From Rubrobacter sp. (GTDB lineage Bacteria; Actinomycetota; Rubrobacteria; Rubrobacterales; Rubrobacteraceae): 57,459 bases of DNA. This document shows positions 47,778 to 55,951 of this stretch, piece after piece. The DNA lies in contig DASUYY010000238.1 in assembly GCA_036377135.1 (NCBI GenBank), positions 1 through 57,459 on the forward strand, read 5' to 3'. Position numbers and translations under genes: made by a program. Under the pieces are notes generated by a model. That model was not told the origin of the DNA. It did no database searches and saw only the letters and a program-made list of their open reading frames with translations. The number at the start of each line of letters is the position of its first letter. Within the stretch, counting starts at the first letter, position 1.

Positions 47778-48116
47778 CTATCTTCGGCGCGCATCGAGCA
47801 CGAGCAATGAGATCAGGGCGAGCTCGATAACTTTGTCGGTGTAGCCGATGGAGTTGCGCGCCCCTACGAGTATCCAGAGGAAGACCGTCAACGCCGCGTA
47901 CCCGACGAGGACCCAGCGCACGAGGTTACGGTACTCCGAGACGCGGGGGATGGGCAGAGTCAGGGCGGCGAGGAGCGTAAGGTACCCGAGCCCGTTCAGG
48001 AAGAAGAGCGGGAAGCCCTGGAGGCCGAGGTAGAGGTGGATCAGGGCCGTCCCGACGGTGAGGATGATAATCCCGATCCTGAGCGGGTCGTTCGCGGAGA
48101 CACTCGTAGTAGACAT
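47778..48116 (-). CDS. Small 4-TM membrane protein
   Basis: AAGGAG RBS; ALIHLYLG, LNGLGY, GYTDKVIE motifs. Confidence 0.8.
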   Translation of the reverse strand: MSTTSVSANDPLRIGIIILTVGTALIHLYLGLQGFPLFFLNGLGYLTLLAALTLPIPRVSEYRNLVRWVLVGYAALTVFLWILVGARNSIGYTDKVIELALISLLVLDARRR

Positions 48117-48143
48117 TTACTTACTCCTTTGCAGCTCTCGTGT

Positions 48144-49373
48144 CTACCCTGTCGCCCTTCGTAGCGCCTCGGTCCTTTGTCGGGAGGGTTCTTGCCTGCG
48201 TCCGGGCAGGAGGTCCGCTCCCGAGACGATCAGGGCTAGGAAGGCGAGCGTCCCCCCGATAAGGTAAGGTGCAGATATACCGACGTAGTCAAAGGCGAGT
48301 CCGGCGAGCGCGGGGCCGAAGATCAAGGCGAGGCTGAGGATAGCCTGCACACCTCCCATGAGCCGGCCCTGCGCTTCAGCCGGGGTCCGGTTCGAGATGA
48401 TGGCCGTCAGGCTCGGGATGGCGAGCCCCGTCCCGAGCGCGAGGAGGCCGACGACGGGGTAGAGAAGTAGTCCTGAAGGGACCAGCGCCACGAGAGCGAG
48501 GTTGAGCGAGGTCAGGGCGAGTCCGCCCATGAGGAGCCTGCTCTCCCCGAAACGCGGCTGGAGACGGCCGATCAAAAACCCCTGCGTGACCACGGCGCAC
48601 ACCCCGACGAAGGCGAAGAAGAACGCATTGGATGTCGTCCCCCACCCGAACCGGACGTGGCTGAAGAGCGGGAAGTTGTTCACCAGCCCCGCGAAGGCCA
48701 GGTTGAGCAGCAGCACAGCCACCAGCAATGTTCGAACATTGCTCATCTTCAGTATGCGGGTCAGCTGGGAGACGGGGTTGAGGCGGAGGAGGGGAACGTT
48801 CCTGCGCAGGTGGGGCGCATGGGATTCTGGGAGGGTCAGGTAGCCGAAGACGAAGTTGGTGAGGGCGAGGGCCGAGGCGAAGAGGGCCGGGGCGCTCAAC
48901 GAATGGAGGCTGAGGAGGCCGCCGAGGGCCGGTCCTGCCATGAGGCCGAGGCCGAAGGCCGCCCCGATCAAGCCTAGTCCGCGCGCCCTTTCTTCCTTCG
49001 TAGTGCTGTCAGCGATGTAAGCCTGGGCCGTCGCCAGCGTGCCGCTCGTGGCGCCGGCCAGGACGACCGCGAGGACGAGGACGGCGAGCGTGCTTGCGAG
49101 GCCGAGCAGCAGGTAGGCGAGCGAGGCCCCGAGCAGACACAGAAGGAGGACGGGCCTCCTCCCGTGGTGGTCCGAGAGCCCGCCCAAAAACGGGCCGCCG
49201 GCGAACTGCATCGCGGCGTAGAGAGAGCCGAGCAGGCCGACGAGCACCGCGCCAGACGCATACATGCCGGCGTAGAAAGGCAGCAGGGGAACGACGATGC
49301 CGTACCCGATCATATCCACGAACACCGTGACGAACAGGAACATGAGCGGCGACCGGCGGCGCCACCCGTCCAA
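48144..49373 (-). CDS. MFS efflux transporter (TetA/DHA1-like)
   Basis: D.IGYGIVVPLLP, GGLSDHHGRRP motif A, G...GPALGG motif C. Start set at TTG 49373. Confidence 0.92.
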   Translation of the reverse strand: MDGWRRRSPLMFLFVTVFVDMIGYGIVVPLLPFYAGMYASGAVLVGLLGSLYAAMQFAGGPFLGGLSDHHGRRPVLLLCLLGASLAYLLLGLASTLAVLVLAVVLAGATSGTLATAQAYIADSTTKEERARGLGLIGAAFGLGLMAGPALGGLLSLHSLSAPALFASALALTNFVFGYLTLPESHAPHLRRNVPLLRLNPVSQLTRILKMSNVRTLLVAVLLLNLAFAGLVNNFPLFSHVRFGWGTTSNAFFFAFVGVCAVVTQGFLIGRLQPRFGESRLLMGGLALTSLNLALVALVPSGLLLYPVVGLLALGTGLAIPSLTAIISNRTPAEAQGRLMGGVQAILSLALIFGPALAGLAFDYVGISAPYLIGGTLAFLALIVSGADLLPGRRQEPSRQRTEALRRATG

Positions 49374-49375
49374 CG

Positions 49376-50287
49376 TTACACCGCCTCCCTGCGCTCCATC
49401 AGCCGTCGCGTCTCCCGGATCACCGCTTCGCCGACGGCGGCTCCCGCTTCTGCGTAGATGGGGCTTCCGAACGTGACGTGAGCGTCCACGTTGCGCAATG
49501 CGGGGATGAGCATCTGGAGCGTGGCTGCGAGCCACTCGCGGTCGCGCCGGTGGCGGCGCATCCGGGTCAGGGGGTTACGCAGGGCAGAAGGTGAGATCAC
49601 ACCGCTCACCACGATGGGAACGACCGTGAGCCCCGATGTGAGGCGCGCGAAGAGATCGGCGCTCGATGACCAGCGATATAGCGCCTCTACCGCGCCGGGC
49701 AGGACAGCCGGGTCAGGTTCGATCCTTCCCCCGGGGAACGTGAGTACCGCTCCGCCACGCCGCAGATGCCTGGCCGCCGCCCTCGCAACGCCGGAGCGTC
49801 CCGCCGACCCCTCTGCCACGGTCAGAAGGTGCCGCGAGGTGTTGGGGAGGGCTTCGAGGAAGGGACGGTCAGCGGCGATTACACGCAGGTCGTCCCGCGG
49901 CGCCGCGGCGAAAAGGGCGACGGCGTCCGCGAGACCTGGATGGTTTGAGACGAGGAGCAGCGGCCCCTCACTCGGCACGTTCTCCTGGCCCTCGATCACG
50001 GCGTTACGAGACAAACTCTTCAACGCCCACGCGCCGCCCGTCCCGAGGCCTGATTCGCCCACTATTCTGTCGTATGTCAGAACCTGGCGCGCAAGACGCC
50101 GGGCAGGTGTCCTGACGACGGACTCCAGTACCGACCTCCCGTGCCTTACCTTGCCCAGACCAAACGCGGTGATGACGTCGTCCACGCATAGCTGCGTGAG
50201 ATGCTCCAGTCGCTCCTCATCCTCCGAACAGGCGCAGAGTTCTTCGGCTACCGCGGGCAGCTGGGAAACGCTATCCAAAGTTGCCAC
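49376..50287 (-). CDS. PlsC-like (glycerolipid) acyltransferase
   Basis: NHPGLAD (HX4D) and FPGG motifs. Confidence 0.8.
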   Translation of the reverse strand: MATLDSVSQLPAVAEELCACSEDEERLEHLTQLCVDDVITAFGLGKVRHGRSVLESVVRTPARRLARQVLTYDRIVGESGLGTGGAWALKSLSRNAVIEGQENVPSEGPLLLVSNHPGLADAVALFAAAPRDDLRVIAADRPFLEALPNTSRHLLTVAEGSAGRSGVARAAARHLRRGGAVLTFPGGRIEPDPAVLPGAVEALYRWSSSADLFARLTSGLTVVPIVVSGVISPSALRNPLTRMRRHRRDREWLAATLQMLIPALRNVDAHVTFGSPIYAEAGAAVGEAVIRETRRLMERREAV

Positions 50288-50458
50288 CTCTGATCGTACA
50301 AATGCCGCAAACGCCGGGTGTGGCGGTATACGTGGGCCGTCTAGTCACCAGGTGTGCCACCCTTCCCGTCTGCCCCTGAGGATAATCGGGGCGCCTTCAC
50401 GTCAATTGATAGTACGCACGGGCGGCGAGTGCGGTTCGAAGAACTCGACCCTCCCGTC

Positions 50459-50839
50459 TCACGGACCGGCTTCGCGGCGGCGCAGGATCTCTACCGCGGA
50501 ACCTGCAAGCACGGTGTCGCCGAGCCTGACGTGAGGCTTCGCCACCCTCACCTTCACGGCTTCGACTAGCGGATGGTTCTCCAGTACGGCCACGGTGATC
50601 CTCTCTGCCACGGTCTCGACGAGTTGTACGGGAGGTCCCTCGACGATGTCGCGCGTCGTGCGGTGGACTTCACTGTAGTCTACGGTCTTCGCCAGGTCGT
50701 CGGAGGTCCCCGCTGGCCGCAGATCGAAGTGGAGTTCGACGCTCACGACGAAGGGCTGGCCGAGTTCGTGCTCGGCAGGAAGCGTCCCGTGGTGGCCGTG
50801 GAAGACCATGTCAGAGAGCAGTATGCGGTCCTCGTTCAT
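50459..50839 (-). CDS. folB: Dihydroneopterin aldolase
   Basis: HG...E...GQ.F, SDDLAKTVDY, LVE.VAE, KP motifs. Confidence 0.93.
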   Translation of the reverse strand: MNEDRILLSDMVFHGHHGTLPAEHELGQPFVVSVELHFDLRPAGTSDDLAKTVDYSEVHRTTRDIVEGPPVQLVETVAERITVAVLENHPLVEAVKVRVAKPHVRLGDTVLAGSAVEILRRREAGP

Positions 50840-50974
50840 CGGATTTCTTCGCAAAGGTCCATCCGATGAAGTATGCCAGAACGTAATATACCGATGTACC
50901 ACCAATGCGGTTAGTGACGAAAATCGGCTGTAGTAGAATTCCGGGTTATTCAACCACGACCTAGATCGGAAACC

Positions 50975-51628
50975 ATGTCTTCGATCCGACGCGTTGCACG
51001 AGCCGGGCTACCGACCTCCCACGGTGGCTTCGAGCTGTTCGTCTACGAGGCGGCAGACCGCAAGGAGCACGTGGCGCTCACGACAGGCTTCGAGCCTGGA
51101 AGCATCGGCGGACCGATCCTGGTTCGCCTGCATTCCGAATGCCTGACAGGAGACGTCTTCGGCTCGCGGCGCTGCGATTGCGGCGAGCAGCTCGAAGAGA
51201 GCATGAGGCTCCTGCGCGAACAGGGGCGCGGAGTGCTCCTCTATCTGAGACAGGAGGGGCGCGGCGTCGGGCTCGCGAACAAGATCTCCGCCTACGCGCT
51301 CCAGGAGGAGGGACTCGACACCGTGCAGGCGAACCTGGCCCTCGGATTGCCCGAGGACGCGCGCGACTACCACGTTGCCGCCGAGATGCTACTGGATCTC
51401 GGTGTGCGCAGCGCCGCCGTGCTGACGAACAACCCGGCCAAGATCGAAGGCCTCAGACGCCACGGCATCGAGGTGGTGGAGCGCCTGCCTGTCCAGGTCG
51501 AACCGAACCCCTTCAACCTCGGGTATCTGCGGACGAAGAAAGAGAAGTTGGGACATCTCTTCCCCGTCCTTTCCGGGAAACTGCCTGATGAACGGCCCGC
51601 CGGCGGCCCGTCGAACGGGGCGTCGTGA
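50975..51628 (+). CDS. ribA: GTP cyclohydrolase II
   Basis: RLHSECLTGDVFGSRRCDC, QEGRG, TNNPAK motifs; no RibB domain. Confidence 0.95.
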   Translation: MSSIRRVARAGLPTSHGGFELFVYEAADRKEHVALTTGFEPGSIGGPILVRLHSECLTGDVFGSRRCDCGEQLEESMRLLREQGRGVLLYLRQEGRGVGLANKISAYALQEEGLDTVQANLALGLPEDARDYHVAAEMLLDLGVRSAAVLTNNPAKIEGLRRHGIEVVERLPVQVEPNPFNLGYLRTKKEKLGHLFPVLSGKLPDERPAGGPSNGAS

Positions 51629-52359
51629 TAGGGAGAGAGCGCCTTTCTTCCGCGGGCGAGGCGGCGACGGAAAATTCGATACGTCCTGCCGTCACCGTGA
51701 GCTACGCCCAGACGCTCGACGGGCGCGTGGCTACAGCGACGGGGGAATCCAAGTGGATCAGCTGCCCTGACTCCCTGCGCTTCGCCCACGAGATGCGCGC
51801 CGGTCACGACGCCGTCATCGTCGGAGCCGGCACGGTCTGTAAAGACGATCCTCGCCTGACGGTCCGCCACGTGCCAGGGACGAGCCCCCTGCGGGTGGTC
51901 GTTGACAGCACCCTGCGTACGCCCCCGAGCGCCGCCGTGCTCGCGGAAGGCGCTGCCGCCGGAACGGTTCTCGCCGTTACGGATCGCGCATCCACCAAAC
52001 GCCGCGGGAAAGCGCTCTCCTCAGGCGCAACCGTCCTGATCCTGCCTTCAAATCTCGATGGCCGTGTTGACCTGAAGGCTCTGTTAGAAAAGCTTGCGGC
52101 GCTTGGTGTTCGGTCGGTGATGGTCGAGGGAGGGGCTACCATGATCACCAGCTTTCTCAGGGCCCGCCTGGTCGACAGGCTTGCCGTGTGTGTCGCGCCC
52201 AAGATCCTCGGTAACGGCATAGAGGCTGTCGGCGACCTTGGCATCCACGAACTTTCCCGCTCCCTCACGCTCGCCGACGCCACCGTCGAACCCTACGGGG
52301 TGGACCTGATCCTCAGCGGACGCGTCGAATACCCGGATGGCATCTCCGATCGGGGATGA
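51625..52359 (+). CDS. RibD C-terminal-like pyrimidine reductase (no deaminase domain)
   Basis: AQTLDG, WIS, VGAGTV..DDPRL, VEGG, APKILG motifs. Confidence 0.88.
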   Translation: MIGRERLSSAGEAATENSIRPAVTVSYAQTLDGRVATATGESKWISCPDSLRFAHEMRAGHDAVIVGAGTVCKDDPRLTVRHVPGTSPLRVVVDSTLRTPPSAAVLAEGAAAGTVLAVTDRASTKRRGKALSSGATVLILPSNLDGRVDLKALLEKLAALGVRSVMVEGGATMITSFLRARLVDRLAVCVAPKILGNGIEAVGDLGIHELSRSLTLADATVEPYGVDLILSGRVEYPDGISDRG

Positions 52360-53380
52360 ACTGAGGACAAGGGCGCTCTGGTTCACCTCCCCGCGTACCG
52401 CGACGCTCCGGGAGGAGGCCGTTCCACCTCCTGGGCCTGGCGAGGTGCGCGTGGAGACTATCGCCTCGGCCGTGAGCGCGGGCAGTGAGATGCTCGTCTA
52501 CCGCGGTGAGGTCCCTGAGGACCTCACCCTGGACCTTCCGACGCTGGAAGGGAGTTACGGCTTCCCGATCAAATACGGCTACGCCGCTGTAGGACGTGTC
52601 ATGGACACCGGCTCCCACGTCGAGCACCTCTCTCCAGGAGACGCCGTCTTCGTCCACCACCCGCACCAGGAGGTCTTCGTCGTCCCCGCGCGGATGCCCG
52701 TGCGCCTCCCCGATAGTCTGGACCCCTCCCTCGGCGTGTTCGCCGCCAACCTCGAGACGGCCCTGAACGTCGTCCACGATACGCCCGTGCGCTTCGCAGA
52801 GACGGCGCTGGTCTTCGGCCAGGGCGTCGTCGGCCTCCTTGTGTCCATGCTCCTGAAGCTGGCAGGCACAGGACAGGTGCTAGTCGTTGATCCTCTGGAG
52901 AAACGCCGGATACTGGCGCTCGCCGCAGGCGCGGACCATGCGTTGGAGCCCGAAGGTGTGAACGAGCGCGTCATGGAGATCACAGGCGGACGAGGGGCCG
53001 ACGTGGCCGTCGAGACAAGCGGTTCCGGTGCCGCCTTGCAGAGTGCCATAGACGCCGTGGCGACAGATGGCACGGCCGTCGTGGCTTCGTGGTATGGAAC
53101 GAAACCCGTCACGCTCGCGCTCGGGGGACGTTTCCACAGGGGAAGGGTGAGACTGCGCTCCTCACAGGTCGGGAGGTTGAACCCCGAGCTTACGCCACGC
53201 TGGGACCGCGAGCGGCGCATGCACACGGTTCTCGGGCTACTGCACAGGCTTGACCTGGAGGCTCTCATCTCGCACCGTATCCCGTTTGGAAGTGCCCCGG
53301 AGGCTTACAGGCTCCTCGATGAGAGACCAAGCGAGGCTGTCCAGGTAGTCTTTACCTACGAGGGAGGACGGGATGTATGA
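52337..53380 (+). CDS. MDR-superfamily (zinc-binding type) dehydrogenase
   Basis: SAVSAGSE, FP..YGY, HHPHQ, ETALN, GQGVVG, ASWYG, FH..R....SSQVG motifs. Confidence 0.88.
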   Translation: MASPIGDELRTRALWFTSPRTATLREEAVPPPGPGEVRVETIASAVSAGSEMLVYRGEVPEDLTLDLPTLEGSYGFPIKYGYAAVGRVMDTGSHVEHLSPGDAVFVHHPHQEVFVVPARMPVRLPDSLDPSLGVFAANLETALNVVHDTPVRFAETALVFGQGVVGLLVSMLLKLAGTGQVLVVDPLEKRRILALAAGADHALEPEGVNERVMEITGGRGADVAVETSGSGAALQSAIDAVATDGTAVVASWYGTKPVTLALGGRFHRGRVRLRSSQVGRLNPELTPRWDRERRMHTVLGLLHRLDLEALISHRIPFGSAPEAYRLLDERPSEAVQVVFTYEGGRDV

Positions 53381-53750
53381 GATCTACGTCGCCGCGCGGT
53401 TCGAGGCGGCGCACAGTCTCGTCGGGGACTTCGGGCCGGCGAGCAGGATGCACGGGCATACTTACCGCATGGAGGTGATCCTGCGCGGCCAGCATCTCAA
53501 AGAAGACGGCACGCTCTACGATATCGGCGAGCTGGGCCAGGCCGTGGACGATCTCGCCGCTTCCCTCAACTACAGGGATCTGAACGAGGTTCCCGAACTG
53601 GCGGGCGTCAACACGACGGCCGAGGCCGTGGCGGATTATTGCTGGGAGAAGCTGGCTCCACCTCTGCGTGACAAGGAGCTCGATTCGCTCACGGTACGCA
53701 TCTGGGAATCTCCTGACGCCTACGCAGCCCGCGAGGACACACTCGCCTGA
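53373..53750 (+). CDS. PTPS/QueD-superfamily (COG0720) protein with non-canonical active site
   Basis: F.AAH, DFGPASRMHGHTY (no Cys or Glu nucleophile), NTTAE, WES motifs. Confidence 0.88.
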   Translation: MYEIYVAARFEAAHSLVGDFGPASRMHGHTYRMEVILRGQHLKEDGTLYDIGELGQAVDDLAASLNYRDLNEVPELAGVNTTAEAVADYCWEKLAPPLRDKELDSLTVRIWESPDAYAAREDTLA

Positions 53751-53949
53751 GAGGATTCTGTGTCGCGTTCGTCACGATATAGGCCAACATCCGAAAATGA
53801 GATCGGGCTCGAGGTCCACCTGTGGGCCCGCCAGAGGCGCGAGCATCGCCTCAAGGGCCACCAGGCCGGGCTGCTATGATCGGTACAGAGGCTCAGGAGT
53901 GCGGCCCTGGTGGCGTAGGATGTTCGGCGGAGAAGAGGAGTTAGGGGAA

Positions 53950-54348
53950 GTGACAGAAGATTTTGACATATCCGTACGCAATATTCTCGCCCAGCTGTTA
54001 GAAGCACGGGAAGATAAGAACGATGCCGACAAGCGGCTACATGACTACAGGGCAGCCAAGTCGCCCCCCGAAGTTCCCAACGAATTCGACGACGTGGATG
54101 CCTTCCTCGTCTACCACCACCGCAGGCAAAGCTACGAGAATCAGCTCAAGCAACACGAGAACGCCCTGAAGAAGGCAACAAAGGAGTACACGGACGCTGC
54201 TGCCCAGATCCTGCTCTTCCTGCCCGATGGTGTACCCTTGAGTTACGCTTACGAAGGCGATCGGAGCGAGTTATTGAGCACGGAGCACGTCATCTTGCGC
54301 AAGCAGGGTAAGATCGTCATCGAGAGTCCCGGCAGGACGGGTAGCTAG
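53950..54348 (+). CDS. Hypothetical coiled-coil protein
   Basis: AGGGG then GTG; charged helical sequence. Alternative ATG at 53920. Confidence 0.6.
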   Translation: MTEDFDISVRNILAQLLEAREDKNDADKRLHDYRAAKSPPEVPNEFDDVDAFLVYHHRRQSYENQLKQHENALKKATKEYTDAAAQILLFLPDGVPLSYAYEGDRSELLSTEHVILRKQGKIVIESPGRTGS

Positions 54349-54425
54349 TTGCAATGAGCCTGCGAGGAAGACCCCCGAAACTCTCTCCGGCTACCATGAT
54401 TCGAAAGCTGTGACAGCTCGCCAAA

Positions 54426-55421
54426 CTAGATCAGGTTCAGCCCGGCCACCAGCACCAACGGCATCCCTGCTACAAAGAACCACAGTGGAACCTGGGCGGC
54501 CAGCTGTCGTACTCGCCTAGCGGCTGCCTGCGCGTGCGTATCCTCCCACGAACTTGCGGCCTCAAGCAGTTTGGAATGGTAGCGTAGGGCCGCAGCGTAC
54601 GCGACCAGCATGACCGCGACACCGGCGAAGGCATACGGGGTCCTGGCGAGGATAGCGAAGACGACGAGCAGGACTAAGCTCATCATGGCTGTGAACAAAA
54701 GGGCCACCAAAGATGCCTTCTTCAGACCCCACCGAACGGTCGACGTCAGAACGTTCATCTCCTTATCCTCGTGGTAATCCTCGATCTGGTTGACCAGTAG
54801 CAGCCCGATCATTTGGGTACTGAAGCCCAACAGGGCGAGCAGGGGTAGTATCTTCATATGTGGTGCCATCGCGTAATAGATGTACAGTGAGGGCAAGAAA
54901 TACAGAATGAGCGACAAAGTTGCCAAGTTGAGTAATCCCCGCCGCTTGAAGCGGAGCGGTTCTAGCGAATAGGCTGCTATCAGGAATAAGCCTACTACCC
55001 ATAGCGCGACGAGCCCGACACGAGATTCGGAAATTGCGAGGTACACCACGATAGCTGATGCGACCACGGTCTCTACTGTGATCATCAACCAGATCGTTCT
55101 GGGGCCTTTGAGGATATCTATAGATCGTGGCAGTCGGCTCTTGTAGGTCTTGTCGAGCTCGTAGTCTGCAATGCAGTTCAGCTGGGAACAAATCCAGTAT
55201 GCCAGGTACCAAACTGCCGTTAGTAGCCCGAGGCGCAGTGCGCCATCTCCGATCAGGTCATCGGGGCGCGAGGCGGCTAGGAGAGCAGAAAGAGCGATAA
55301 CCGGGATTCCCATCACCATGAACTCGACTCGGCTGACCAGCAAGAAGGCCCAGATCTTGCTTAATACGTTCTGTGTCAATACATCGCGTAATTTGCTCAA
55401 TATCTCTTGCATTGCTTCCAC
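54426..55421 (-). CDS. UbiA-family prenyltransferase
   Basis: NCIADYELD, YS.EP.RFK and NQIEDYHED motifs; multi-TM. Confidence 0.85.
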   Translation of the reverse strand: MEAMQEILSKLRDVLTQNVLSKIWAFLLVSRVEFMVMGIPVIALSALLAASRPDDLIGDGALRLGLLTAVWYLAYWICSQLNCIADYELDKTYKSRLPRSIDILKGPRTIWLMITVETVVASAIVVYLAISESRVGLVALWVVGLFLIAAYSLEPLRFKRRGLLNLATLSLILYFLPSLYIYYAMAPHMKILPLLALLGFSTQMIGLLLVNQIEDYHEDKEMNVLTSTVRWGLKKASLVALLFTAMMSLVLLVVFAILARTPYAFAGVAVMLVAYAAALRYHSKLLEAASSWEDTHAQAAARRVRQLAAQVPLWFFVAGMPLVLVAGLNLI

Positions 55422-55431
55422 CTGCTACCTG

Positions 55432-55788
55432 TTAGTAACTAAGTGCCTCCTGGATGGTCGCCACCGTAGCGGACGGGTCCTCCACCTCTACGACCAAGCG
55501 TGAGTACTTCTCGTCCCTAAGCCGGATCACCACCGTCTTCTCAGGGTTGTGCACGTCCCAGAATACCTTCTCGCCCTCCTGGTGGAAGGTGCCCGCCGCG
55601 ATGGCTCCAGGCACGTACGTACCCGGGGTCCTAATTCCCTTCCACCATCCCAGCGTAACCTCGGGATCCGCTTCGGCACCTATTACGTGGGAGATGGGGA
55701 TCTCCAGGCTACTCTTTAGTGTCCACAGTTGGTCCATGCCCCGTATGTGGACGATCAAGGCATCCTGCGTAAGCTCTACCTCAGCCAC
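55432..55788 (-). CDS. Conserved hypothetical protein (PH-like)
   Basis: AAGGAG then GTG 55788; LEIP..H, R.PGT.VPG.I.AGTF, FWDV motifs. Confidence 0.75.
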   Translation of the reverse strand: MAEVELTQDALIVHIRGMDQLWTLKSSLEIPISHVIGAEADPEVTLGWWKGIRTPGTYVPGAIAAGTFHQEGEKVFWDVHNPEKTVVIRLRDEKYSRLVVEVEDPSATVATIQEALSY

Positions 55789-55951
55789 GGCTCTCTCCTT
55801 CTTGGAATGGCTCTGGAGCGTTGTATCGCATCTAGTTATCTCCGAGGCTCCTGCTGAAGGCTGTTCACCTGGCCTCCTGGAAATGGCATTCTCTCGATTT
55901 GACTCTACCTTTGGTCCAGTCTTATTAGTCGGCGGGGGTAACATCTGTCAA

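Noticed and set aside
48144-49373. Tetracycline resistance determinant
   Set aside because: Only family-level similarity; no tetR or mobile context, so the substrate cannot be assigned.
50840-53750. Canonical riboflavin operon, FMN riboswitch, or queD call
   Set aside because: ribB, ribE, ribH and the deaminase are missing, there is no RFN motif, and the PTPS lacks the QueD CxxxHGH motif.
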